Origin: Candidatus Zixiibacteriota bacterium
Lineage (GTDB): Bacteria > Zixibacteria > MSB-5A5 > CAIYYT01
Reading direction: 5' to 3'
Assembly: GCA_040235515.1 (NCBI GenBank)
Contig: JBECKX010000179.1
Span: forward strand, 15,232 to 79,231
Length of the DNA: 64,000 bases
Shown here: positions 9,620-18,358 of the stretch, piece by piece
Numbering within the stretch: the stretch's first letter is position 1
Layout of the letters: each line of letters begins with the position of its first letter
The notes under the pieces: generated by a model
The model's database searches: none
Told to the model about the DNA's origin: nothing
The model's input: only the letters and a program-made list of their open reading frames with translations
Program-made: the position numbers and the translations under genes

Positions 9620-10315
9620 ATGACTCTCGGCAACCGCAAGATCATCGCAATCATCCCGGCATTGAACGAAGAATCCTCTGTTGGAAAGGTCATCACAGAA
9701 CTACCCGGGATGGTGAATGGCGTGATCGTCTGTGACAATGGATCGACCGACCGTACAGCTGCTGTGGCGCGGGAGGCTGGCGCGAAAGTAGTTGAGGAGA
9801 TAGAGAGAGGCTACGGTGCTGCGTGTTTGCGGGCAATCGCGGCGGCGCCTGCTGATACCGGCGTATTGCTCTTCATAGACGCAGACTACTCGGACTTTCC
9901 TGAAGAGGCGACAAACCTGCTGGAACCGTTGGCGGAGGGACATTACGACCTGGTCATCGGTTCGCGCATGTTGACCTACAGCGACCACAAGGCGCTGCCA
10001 CCGGTGGCGGCATTCGGCAACTGGCTGACCAGTAACTTGATCCGCATTATCTGGGGTGCGCGATTCACCGACATCGGCCCGTTTCGGGCGATCAGGTATG
10101 AGCAATATCAGAAGTTGGAAATGAAGGACCGCAACTTTGGCTGGACGACAGAGATGCAGGTGAAGGCAGTGAAGCGTGGGTTGCGGTGCCTTGAAGTTCC
10201 GGTCAGGTATCGTCCGAGGATCGGGGAGTCAAAGATTTCGGGGACAATCTCCGGCTCGATCAGGGCGGGCTTCAAATTCTTGTGGATCATCCTCCGGGAG
10301 GCGTTCTCCCGATGA
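9620..10315 (+). CDS. short GT2 family glycosyltransferase (Dpm1-like; consistent with rSAM/selenodomain-associated transferase 2, TIGR04283-type)
   Basis: 231 aa. The GT2 N-terminus reads IIAIIPALNEE...VIVCDNGSTD with a DAD motif. The size and its position in the same coupled cluster as the ArsS-type rSAM and a DUF2064 protein match the known TIGR04283 context. Confidence 0.6.
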   Translation: MTLGNRKIIAIIPALNEESSVGKVITELPGMVNGVIVCDNGSTDRTAAVAREAGAKVVEEIERGYGAACLRAIAAAPADTGVLLFIDADYSDFPEEATNLLEPLAEGHYDLVIGSRMLTYSDHKALPPVAAFGNWLTSNLIRIIWGARFTDIGPFRAIRYEQYQKLEMKDRNFGWTTEMQVKAVKRGLRCLEVPVRYRPRIGESKISGTISGSIRAGFKFLWIILREAFSR

Positions 10316-11616
10316 AGTGGAGGGTGATTCTCTATTCGCTGATTGCGCTCTTCCTCTTGACTGAGATTGCAATTTTCCTGCCTGACTATGATGAGCCTCG
10401 GATGGTAAAGTTCATCGTGATTTCGCAGATCCTGATGCTACTATCAGTGGGGATTTTCCTGGCCGGAAAGAAACTTCAGATTGCAGCGGGGATGGCGCGC
10501 CACGTCTGGATTGTTGTTCTGCTCGCGGTTGTCGCTCGCACGGTCATGTTGATCGGAGCGGGGGACAAATTCTATATCTCCGATGATATCTACCGTTATG
10601 TGTGGGACGCCAAGGTCAATGCGGCGGGAATAAACCCTTATCTTCATGCGCCCGATTCCGATTCGTTGAGGGCCTATCGGGAGGGTGAAATCTTCGGGCA
10701 GATCAATCACAACTGGCTGCCCACCATCTACCCCCCAATGGCTCAGAATATCTTCTTCGTGGTCTACCTGCTGGGAGGTGAGAACCTGTTCGCCTTCAAG
10801 CTGGTCACTGCGTTCTTCGAGTTGCTAACTTGTTTGGCGCTGTTCGTGCTGGCACGCGAGTGGGGAATACCACCAGCGAATTTGCTGCTCTATCTGTTTT
10901 CACCGCTGGTACTGATCGAGTTTTACCTATCAAACCACCTCGACATTCTCGCGCTGCCCTTCCTGGTGGCCGGTTTGATCACGCTGAAGCGGCGACAGGC
11001 GTTGCTGACCGGCATGCTGCTGGGACTCGCGACGCTCGTGAAGTTCTTCGGGCTCTTCTTCCTGCCAGTCGTCTTCTTCCACCTTAAAGGGAAAGAGAAG
11101 CTTCATTTTGCGGCTGCCTTCGTGGTTACTGCAGTTGCATTGTATCTGCCCTACATCGCCGATGGTGGACTGAGCGTGTTCGGGTCGTTGTTCGAGTATC
11201 TGCAGGAATGGCAGTTTAATGCTTCGGTTTATTTCGTGCTGAAATACTTCCTCAAGGTAGAAATCGCGCGCTATCTCGTAGCTGGGGCTTTCGTGGTCTG
11301 GGTGGGATGGTTGCTCGCGCGCAAACTACCGATCGAGCGGAAACTTCAGGATACCTTCGGTGGTTATATGGTGCTGACACCGACGCTGTTCCCCTGGTAC
11401 TTTGTCTGGATCTATCCAATGTTGTTGAGGACCCTGTCACCTGCATTTATCTATCTCTCAGGCGCGCTGCTCCTCTCCTATCATGTTCACATAGGCTACT
11501 ATGACACCGGTACCTGGTCGCCGATGCCCTGGTTGGGAATCGCGGCGTACGTTCCGTTTTATGCATTGCTGGTCGGAGTAACGTTGTTTCGAAGGGTGCG
11601 GCTTAAGGTGCAATGA
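10312..11616 (+). CDS. polytopic membrane protein, GT-C-like (DUF2029/mannosyltransferase-like)
   Basis: About 435 aa with at least 10 predicted TM helices, resembling the GT-C fold and DUF2029. An ATGA start/stop overlap with the upstream GT2 indicates translational coupling. Confidence 0.45.
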   Translation: MKWRVILYSLIALFLLTEIAIFLPDYDEPRMVKFIVISQILMLLSVGIFLAGKKLQIAAGMARHVWIVVLLAVVARTVMLIGAGDKFYISDDIYRYVWDAKVNAAGINPYLHAPDSDSLRAYREGEIFGQINHNWLPTIYPPMAQNIFFVVYLLGGENLFAFKLVTAFFELLTCLALFVLAREWGIPPANLLLYLFSPLVLIEFYLSNHLDILALPFLVAGLITLKRRQALLTGMLLGLATLVKFFGLFFLPVVFFHLKGKEKLHFAAAFVVTAVALYLPYIADGGLSVFGSLFEYLQEWQFNASVYFVLKYFLKVEIARYLVAGAFVVWVGWLLARKLPIERKLQDTFGGYMVLTPTLFPWYFVWIYPMLLRTLSPAFIYLSGALLLSYHVHIGYYDTGTWSPMPWLGIAAYVPFYALLVGVTLFRRVRLKVQ

Positions 11617-13070
11617 CAGATCTGCTCATAATCACATATTTCGCTCTGCTGTTCTTTATCAGTTTCTATGGCGTGTACCTCTATTGGCTGGTGGTCAACT
11701 ATCTGCGTTTGCCCGGTCAAACCCCACTCGTTCCGATGGAGCCTGAAGATGCCACGAACTTGCCGATGGTCACCGTTCAGTTGCCAATCTTCAATGAGAA
11801 ACGCGTTGTCGCGCGCCTGATCGAGGCGGTGACACACTTCGAGTGGCCGCAGGAGAAACTGGAAATTCAGGTGCTCGACGATTCGACAGACGAGACGAGT
11901 GAGATAGTCGCACGTTTGGTGACCGAGCTGAGTGGTCGCGGAGTGACGATCGAGCATATCAGAAGGCCCCACCGCGCCGGCTACAAAGCTGGTGCTCTGG
12001 CCGTGGGGCAGGAGAAGGCGCGCGGAGAATTCATCGCGATCTTCGATGCGGATAACATCCCGCCGAGCGATTTTTTGCGGCGTATGATTCCATACTTCGA
12101 TGATCCCCGGGTTGGTATGGCGCAGGCGCGCTGGAGTTTTCTTAATCGGGATGACTCGCTGTTATGCCAGGCGCAGGCGTTGTTTCTCGATTCACATTTC
12201 TACATCGAGCAGGCGGCGCGATCACGTGCAGGTTTGTTTCTGAATTTCAACGGAACGGCAGGTATCTGGCGGCGCCGGGCGATCGACAGCGCGGGCGGCT
12301 GGCAATCGGATACGCTGACCGAGGATCTCGACCTCTCCTATCGCGCACAGTTGCTTGGCTGGAAGATGTTGTTTGTCGAGGATGTCGATGTCCCGACCGA
12401 GCTACCCAATTCGGTGCGCGCCTTCAAGACGCAACAGCATCGCTGGGCGCGCGGTGCGATGGAGACCGGTTTCAAGTTGCTCGGGCGGGTACGCAGGGCG
12501 AAGTTGCCATTGGCGGTCAAGATTGCGGCGCATTTTCATCTGACGCAGAAGGTGGTGTCGGTTGCGTTACTGCTGCTGTCGATTCTGTTGATCCCGGCGC
12601 TCTATTTTCGCTGGGAAGCAAGCGCCTACAAAGTACTGCTGATCGACCTGCCGGTGTTTATTACCGGTATGGGGGCGATGTCGGTTTTTTATGGTATCGC
12701 GTACCGCCGTGAAAAGAAGAATCACAGTGCGAGGGCACGGCTGGTACTGCCGATGTTGAGCGCAATCGGGCTGGGACTGGCAGCGAACAATTCACTCGCT
12801 GTGATCTCGGCGCTGAAGCGGCGCGAGAGCGAGTTCGTCAGAACACCGAAGACCGGTTCGGCACGGGGTCGCAAGCTGGGCATTCCTCACGAGTATCGTG
12901 TGAGTTTCGACAGGACGTTGCTGGTTGAAGCGCTGCTCCTGGCGAACGGCAGCATTGCGTTCATTTATGCGTTTGATCTCGGCCTCTATTTCAGCCTGCC
13001 ATTTCTCGCAACCTTTGTGTTCGGCTACGGCTATTTCGTCGTGAATTCTTTGCGGGAGAGATATGGGTAA
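11613..13070 (+). CDS. processive family-2 glycosyltransferase (cellulose synthase/NodC/glucosyl-diacylglycerol synthase-like)
   Basis: 485 aa. It has an N-terminal TM helix, DDSTDET, DAD, TED (TEDLDLSYR) and QxxRW (QQHRWARG) motifs, and C-terminal TM helices. It overlaps the upstream gene in an ATGA arrangement. Confidence 0.75.
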   Translation: MTDLLIITYFALLFFISFYGVYLYWLVVNYLRLPGQTPLVPMEPEDATNLPMVTVQLPIFNEKRVVARLIEAVTHFEWPQEKLEIQVLDDSTDETSEIVARLVTELSGRGVTIEHIRRPHRAGYKAGALAVGQEKARGEFIAIFDADNIPPSDFLRRMIPYFDDPRVGMAQARWSFLNRDDSLLCQAQALFLDSHFYIEQAARSRAGLFLNFNGTAGIWRRRAIDSAGGWQSDTLTEDLDLSYRAQLLGWKMLFVEDVDVPTELPNSVRAFKTQQHRWARGAMETGFKLLGRVRRAKLPLAVKIAAHFHLTQKVVSVALLLLSILLIPALYFRWEASAYKVLLIDLPVFITGMGAMSVFYGIAYRREKKNHSARARLVLPMLSAIGLGLAANNSLAVISALKRRESEFVRTPKTGSARGRKLGIPHEYRVSFDRTLLVEALLLANGSIAFIYAFDLGLYFSLPFLATFVFGYGYFVVNSLRERYG

Positions 13071-13713
13071 AATTGCAGTCGGGCTGATGGCCAAGTTTCC
13101 GGAAATGGGGAAAGTAAAAACCAGGCTGGCCGCTGAGATAGGAGATCCCGCAGCGCTGCAGATCTATGCCACACTGCTGCAAATTGTGATGGAGAAGCTG
13201 AGGGAGCTTAACCGCGACCGATTTCAAACCTCTGTATTTGTAGCCCAGGAGAAACTGGTGGAGCGTTTCAGGTCACAATACCCGGGTGCGGCACACTACG
13301 CGGCGCAGAGTGCCGGTGACCTCGGTGCTCGTATGGAAGCAGCGATGCGAAATCTGCTCACCGGCGACAGTATCGAGGGCGTGCTGCTGATCGGTGCAGA
13401 TATTCCGGGAATCACCGCGGAAATCGTCGAGGAAGCAGCCTCGCAGTTGCTGGCGCACGACCTTGTCCTCGGGCCGACATTTGATGGTGGCTATTATCTG
13501 ATAGGGTCGCGCACCGTGCATCCGGAGTTGTTCCGGCAGATGGAGTGGAGCACCGATTCGGTCCTTTCGGAAACACTGAAGCGGGCCGGCGATGCAGGCT
13601 TGACGATTTTCCGCCTCGAAGAGCTGTCGGACCTCGACACTCTGGAGGATGTCGGTCGACTGCCGCGTGAAAGCAACGCCTTGATCAATTTACTCGACAC
13701 GTACTCGTCCTAG
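13063..13713 (+). CDS. DUF2064 family protein (TIGR04282-type, rSAM/selenodomain-associated transferase 1)
   Basis: 216 aa. The N-terminus (IAVGLMAKFPEMGKVKTRLA) and the GADIPG motif are typical of DUF2064. It is coupled by overlap to the upstream GT2 and lies immediately upstream of the AhpD-like and ArsS-like genes. Confidence 0.65.
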   Translation: MGKIAVGLMAKFPEMGKVKTRLAAEIGDPAALQIYATLLQIVMEKLRELNRDRFQTSVFVAQEKLVERFRSQYPGAAHYAAQSAGDLGARMEAAMRNLLTGDSIEGVLLIGADIPGITAEIVEEAASQLLAHDLVLGPTFDGGYYLIGSRTVHPELFRQMEWSTDSVLSETLKRAGDAGLTIFRLEELSDLDTLEDVGRLPRESNALINLLDTYSS

Positions 13714-13741
13714 TTGGGGCGAGAGATTCAGGAGCTGAAGC

Positions 13742-14074
13742 ATGGGTGATTATTTCGATTCGAAGGATCTGGCGAAATTCGGCAAGATTGGCAGGGTCAA
13801 CAAGGAGCTCGCCGACAAATACTTCGAGTACTACAACAGCGTTATGCAGGAGGGCAACCTGAGCGCCCGCGAGAAGGCGCTGATTGCGCTCGCGGTAGCA
13901 CACACCCTGAAGTGTCCCTATTGCATCGATGCCTACTCCACAGCGTGCATGGAGAATGGAGCAGATGAGGAACAGATGAGTGAAGCCGTTCATGTGGCCG
14001 CCGCGATGTCGGCGGGCATAACGCTAGTCCACAGCGTCCAGATGCAAAATCATATCGACTCACTGATGGGTTAG
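13742..14074 (+). CDS. AhpD-like / carboxymuconolactone decarboxylase family protein (arsenosugar-cluster-associated peroxidase-like type)
   Basis: 110 aa with a CxxC motif (KCPYCID) in an AhpD-like helical core. It sits between the DUF2064 and ArsS-like genes, as in the described rSAM/selenodomain neighbourhoods. Confidence 0.6.
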   Translation: MGDYFDSKDLAKFGKIGRVNKELADKYFEYYNSVMQEGNLSAREKALIALAVAHTLKCPYCIDAYSTACMENGADEEQMSEAVHVAAAMSAGITLVHSVQMQNHIDSLMG

Positions 14075-14109
14075 TCGGTGGGGCGGTAGTTTGGAGATCG
14101 GAGCGTGAA

Positions 14110-15105
14110 TTGAAGCTGGAAAAACAACTGCGCACACTCGAATCGTACGAGCAACCGTTCTGGAGATTCGTCAAGGAGCATTCCAACAATGGTGGCAGCT
14201 TGACGGCGTTGTCGATTAAGACGTTTCAAGTCAATGTGGGAAAACGCTGCAATCAAACATGCGTACATTGCCATGTCGATGCCGGACCGACTCGAAAGGA
14301 GATGATGACGCGTGCAACCGTAGACCGCTGTCTTGAGATCATTGCCGGCGTTCCGGGAATCGAGACGGTAGACATCACCGGTGGCGCGCCGGAGATCAAC
14401 CCCAACTTCCGGCATCTCGTAACGGAGTCGCGTCGGCTCGGTAAGCATGTGATTGACCGCTGCAATCTCACGATTCTGGAATACGAGGGATTCGAGTATC
14501 TCTACGAATTTCTCTCCGACAACAGGGTAGAGATTGTGGCGTCACTACCTCACTTCGCAAAGAGCAACACTGATCGCCAGCGCGGCGCAGGTGTGTATGA
14601 TAAATCAATCAACGCGCTGAAGAAGTTGAACGAGCTTGGCTACGGAACTGAACTACCCCTCAATCTGGTGTACAATCCGGTTGGCTTGTTCCTGAGTGCG
14701 CCACAGAAGCAACTGGAGCGTGAGTTCAAGCAGGAACTTCAGCGCAGGCATGGAATCGTATTCAACAACCTCTATTGCATCAATAATCTGCCAATCAACC
14801 GTTTCCTGGCGTTCCTTGTCCGGAATGGCCGGTTCGAGGATTACATGGAGACACTGGTGACATCGTTCAATCCCGGGACGCTGGAGGGATTGATGTGTCG
14901 CCACCAGATTTCAGTCGGCTATGACGGTAAGATCTATGATTGCGACTTCAATCAGATGCTGGAGCTGGAAGCGCAGCCGGTTGGACATATCAATGGTTTC
15001 AACCTCGATGAGTTTATGGCACGCCGGATCGAGATCGGCAACCACTGCTTCGGGTGCACGGCAGGTTCCGGTTCAAGCTGCGGTGGCGAGATCATCGAAG
15101 TCTGA
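14110..15105 (+). CDS. arsS: ArsS-type radical SAM protein with C-terminal Cys-rich domain (Cys form, not Sec)
   Basis: 331 aa. The rSAM CxxxCxxC motif reads CNQTCVHC. The C-terminal Cys-rich tail is CFGCTAGSGSSCGGEI, where Cys occupies the position that is Sec in the selenoprotein forms. A TTG start is inferred. Confidence 0.7.
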   Translation: MKLEKQLRTLESYEQPFWRFVKEHSNNGGSLTALSIKTFQVNVGKRCNQTCVHCHVDAGPTRKEMMTRATVDRCLEIIAGVPGIETVDITGGAPEINPNFRHLVTESRRLGKHVIDRCNLTILEYEGFEYLYEFLSDNRVEIVASLPHFAKSNTDRQRGAGVYDKSINALKKLNELGYGTELPLNLVYNPVGLFLSAPQKQLEREFKQELQRRHGIVFNNLYCINNLPINRFLAFLVRNGRFEDYMETLVTSFNPGTLEGLMCRHQISVGYDGKIYDCDFNQMLELEAQPVGHINGFNLDEFMARRIEIGNHCFGCTAGSGSSCGGEIIEV

Positions 15106-15516
15106 CGTGAATCTGGCGTGACCGGACCACAAATTCATATTCTTCACCCGGATCAGCGGGTTGGAGATTGAAATCGTGGGTATCGATCGCCTATACTTCA
15201 GGTTAAGTTAGCTCACAACGGCACACGGGAAAGAAGGGGCGGGGAGTCTGTGGCATTCGGGACAGAGCGTGTGCCTCCCTCATCGCCCACCAACCGCTAC
15301 CTTGATGCGTTTTTAGTTAAGGATTTGCTCACAGAGTCGTGAGATGTTTGTGAAAAAAAGCACGAACATGGGGCTGAAACGTCAGCGCGGATAGATGTTT
15401 GCGTGGCGGAACCGTCGGCATTACGCATTGTGCTGCAACAGTTTATGAGATAGGCCGCAATGGCGCCTATCATGGACTGATCTAATCCAAATACCCTACT
15501 TTGTCATAAATTTCGC

Positions 15517-15544
15517 TTGACTCTCTCAGGTGAGGAGTTACTAT
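15517..15544 (+). promoter_or_regulatory. putative sigma70-like promoter TTGACT-N16-TACTAT upstream of the cbb3 biogenesis cluster
   Basis: TTGACT at 15517-15522 and TACTAT at 15539-15544 are separated by a 16-nt spacer, about 120 nt upstream of the ccoI start. This is a sequence match only. Confidence 0.3.
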
Positions 15545-15564
15545 TGGGGAGTCTTTAATCGGCG

Positions 15565-15591
15565 ATTACACTAGTTGGCATTACACTAGTT
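15565..15591 (+). repeat. tandem direct repeat ATTACACTAGTT x2 (each unit contains the palindrome ACTAGT) just downstream of the putative -10; candidate operator
   Basis: Exact 12-nt units occur at 15565-15576 and 15580-15591, separated by GGC. Confidence 0.5.
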
Positions 15592-15664
15592 TTCGTGTTT
15601 CATGTAACAGTTGTCCATTGTCTTAGTCTGGTAACTTGGCGCGTAGCCGGGATTATGAATAGCA

Positions 15665-18133
15665 GTGAATCGATTTGAAGATGCCGAGGGCGGCGAAACA
15701 TTAGAGGGCACCACCATCGCTGGAGTGGAAGCGTCGCCCGAGTTGAGTTGCGCCCACTGCGGTGATCCCTGCAGAGAGAGTGACCCAAAGCTTGGGGAGA
15801 AGTACTTCTGCTGCCACGGCTGCCTTACTGTTTATCGAATGCTGACAGAACACAAACTGGGCAACTATTACCAGTTGAATGCTCAGCCGGGGCTGTCACT
15901 CAGGCAACATTCGGGGTCGGAGAAGTTTGAGTTCCTGGATGATCCTGAAACGGCGCGTCGTTTGCTCGATTTCAGTGATGGAAAGCTGGCACGGGTTCAG
16001 CTGTATGTTCCGCAGGTTTACTGTTCCTCCTGTATCTGGCTCCTGGAAAATCTCTATCGCTTACAACCTGCTGTGCTGGAGTCGAAGGTTGATTTCGTAA
16101 AGAAGGAGATCGCCATCTCCTTCCGTGAAGATAAGCTTACGCTGCGCGAGCTGGTGGAGTTACTGGCGTCGCTCGGCTACACCCCCAGCCTTACGCTCGA
16201 TACGACAGAGAAGAAACCGGATCGGAGAATCGGGCGGCGATTGTTGCTTCAGACCGGGCTGGCCGGGTTTGCCTTTGCCAACATCATGCTGCTCAGTTTC
16301 CCCGACTATCTCGACACCGTTGGCGCCATCGGCTCGGAATTCACGCGCTTTTTCGGTGTGGTTAGCCTGGTACTGGCCACGCCTGTCTTCCTGTACAGTG
16401 CTGCGGACTTTTTCAAGACCGCCTGGGGCAGCCTGCGACGCCGCCAGATGCACCTGGATGTTCCAATTTCGCTCGGCATTATTGCCCTGTTTGCTCGCAG
16501 TATCTATGACATAGTCACGGCGACCGGTACGGGGTTCCTGGACTCGATGTCGGGGCTGGTGTTTTTCCTGCTGATCGGTCGCATAATCCAGACCAGAACT
16601 TACAGGGCGCTCTCATTCGACCGCGACTACAAGTCCTACTTCCCGCTCTACGTGACTCGCGTCAGCGGTGACACCACCCAACAGGTCGCCGCCACCAATG
16701 TCACTGTCGGTGACAGGATTGCGGTGAGAAACGGTGAGCTGGTTGTTGCTGATGCGATACTGATCAGCAGCGAGGCGAGCATCGACTACAGCTTTGTGAG
16801 TGGTGAAGCTGAGCCGGTGAGGCGCAAATCGGGGGATTTGGTCTATGCCGGCGGCCGGGTCAGCGGTGATCGGGTCGAGCTGGAAGTGGTAAAGGATGTC
16901 TCCCAGAGTTACCTCGTCAGCCTCTGGAATTCGCAGCAATTCAAGCGGGAGCGGGAGAGTAAAGCCTCTCAGCTGGCCGAGAGTGTCGCACGTTATTTTA
17001 CCGCCGGAGTGTTGCTGCTTGCGGCGATTACCTTTGCCGCCTGGTTTCCGCAGGGATTGAACAGCGCGTTGCTCACGGCGACTGCGGTGTTGATCGTGGC
17101 TTGTCCCTGTGCGCTGGCCTTGACGATTCCGTTCACTTATGGTACGGCGATGCAGGTGATGGGAGCACGGGAGCTGTATCTGCGCAACCAGGGCGTGGTT
17201 GAGGGGTTGGCGAAGGCTGACACGATCGTTTTCGATAAGACCGGTACGCTGACGGTCGGCGGCAGTGGTGGAGTGGAGTTCGAGGGTGAGGCTTTAACTG
17301 CGCGCGAACGCCACCTGATCAAGTCGCTGGCGCTGCAATCGATCCACCCGATGAGTCGTCAAATCGTCGAGATGCTTGATCACGCTACGGCTTCGATTCC
17401 CCAGGGAGTAACTGAAAACCCCGGTCGAGGAATCTTAGGGCGGGTAGCGAATGTTGAAGTAAAAATCGGTTCACGCGAGTGGATCGGGACCGAGCCGGGG
17501 AATGCTGCGGATGCAGCGCCTGAGTCTGGCGGCGAAGCCTGGGTCACATTTGACGGTGTGATACGTGGTCGATTCGTGATGCGGTCGCAGGTGCGACCCG
17601 ATGTCGGGCAGAGTCTCTCGACCATGAGAAATACGCATTCGCTCTGGTTGCTCTCCGGTGATGGCGACCGCGAGAAGGCGCGTTTCACCGATTATTTTGA
17701 GGATGACAAACTGATCTTCAGGCAGTCACCACAACAGAAGCTCGATTTCATGGACAGGTTACGGAGCGGTGGCAAGCGACTGATCATGCTCGGTGACGGG
17801 CTCAATGACGCCGGTGCGCTGGCTGCCAGTGATGTGGGGATCGCGGTCTCCGACCGGGTGGCATCCTTCACTCCGGCCAGCGACGCGATCCTGGCGGGGG
17901 AGTCTTTGTGGCGGATGCCGGCCTTTATTGGCCTGAGCAAACGCGCGATCAAGATAGTGGTCGCCGGATTCATAATATCATTTGTCTATAATTTCGTGGG
18001 ATTATACTTTGCCGTAACGGGTCAACTTTCACCACTTTTGGCGGCGATTCTGATGCCGCTCTCCTCGGTGACGGTTGTCGGATTTGCGGTAGCCGCCACC
18101 AGATTGGCGGCGAAACGGGAAGGTTTGATATAA
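15665..18133 (+). CDS. ccoI: copper-translocating P1B-type ATPase, CcoI/FixI type (cbb3 oxidase maturation)
   Basis: 822 aa. The N-terminal Cys-rich FixI-type domain reads CAHCGDPC...CCHGCLTVY. It carries the CPC motif (ACPCALAL), DKTGTLT and GDGLNDAGAL. A GTG start is inferred. It sits directly upstream of ccoS and ccoNO. Confidence 0.85.
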   Translation: MNRFEDAEGGETLEGTTIAGVEASPELSCAHCGDPCRESDPKLGEKYFCCHGCLTVYRMLTEHKLGNYYQLNAQPGLSLRQHSGSEKFEFLDDPETARRLLDFSDGKLARVQLYVPQVYCSSCIWLLENLYRLQPAVLESKVDFVKKEIAISFREDKLTLRELVELLASLGYTPSLTLDTTEKKPDRRIGRRLLLQTGLAGFAFANIMLLSFPDYLDTVGAIGSEFTRFFGVVSLVLATPVFLYSAADFFKTAWGSLRRRQMHLDVPISLGIIALFARSIYDIVTATGTGFLDSMSGLVFFLLIGRIIQTRTYRALSFDRDYKSYFPLYVTRVSGDTTQQVAATNVTVGDRIAVRNGELVVADAILISSEASIDYSFVSGEAEPVRRKSGDLVYAGGRVSGDRVELEVVKDVSQSYLVSLWNSQQFKRERESKASQLAESVARYFTAGVLLLAAITFAAWFPQGLNSALLTATAVLIVACPCALALTIPFTYGTAMQVMGARELYLRNQGVVEGLAKADTIVFDKTGTLTVGGSGGVEFEGEALTARERHLIKSLALQSIHPMSRQIVEMLDHATASIPQGVTENPGRGILGRVANVEVKIGSREWIGTEPGNAADAAPESGGEAWVTFDGVIRGRFVMRSQVRPDVGQSLSTMRNTHSLWLLSGDGDREKARFTDYFEDDKLIFRQSPQQKLDFMDRLRSGGKRLIMLGDGLNDAGALAASDVGIAVSDRVASFTPASDAILAGESLWRMPAFIGLSKRAIKIVVAGFIISFVYNFVGLYFAVTGQLSPLLAAILMPLSSVTVVGFAVAATRLAAKREGLI

Positions 18134-18135
18134 GC

Positions 18136-18342
18136 GTGTCCGCGATTTTTCTGCTCATCGGTGCAAGCCTGCTGGTGGCGGTGGGATTCCTGGCGTTGTT
18201 CGTGTGGGCGGTCAGGAGCGGCCAGTATGAGGATACGGTCACCCCGAGTATGAGAATGGTGGTTGACGATGACGGCGCGGTGCCTGGCGGGCAGCACGGC
18301 GCTTCGGTGCAAAGAAAAGATAGCAGTAACAACCTGGAGTGA
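18136..18342 (+). CDS. ccoS: cbb3-type cytochrome oxidase maturation protein CcoS/FixS
   Basis: 68 aa with a single TM helix and a conserved WAVRSGQYED motif. It starts at GTG and lies between ccoI and ccoN. Confidence 0.75.
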   Translation: MSAIFLLIGASLLVAVGFLALFVWAVRSGQYEDTVTPSMRMVVDDDGAVPGGQHGASVQRKDSSNNLE

Positions 18343-18358
18343 TGGAGTGAGCTGACGC

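Noticed and set aside
15456-15480. Tiny ORF ATGGCGCCTATCATGGACTGA (MAPIMD) inside the inverted repeat upstream of ccoI
   Set aside because: It is 6 codons with no RBS. It is more likely part of a protein-binding palindrome than a leader peptide.
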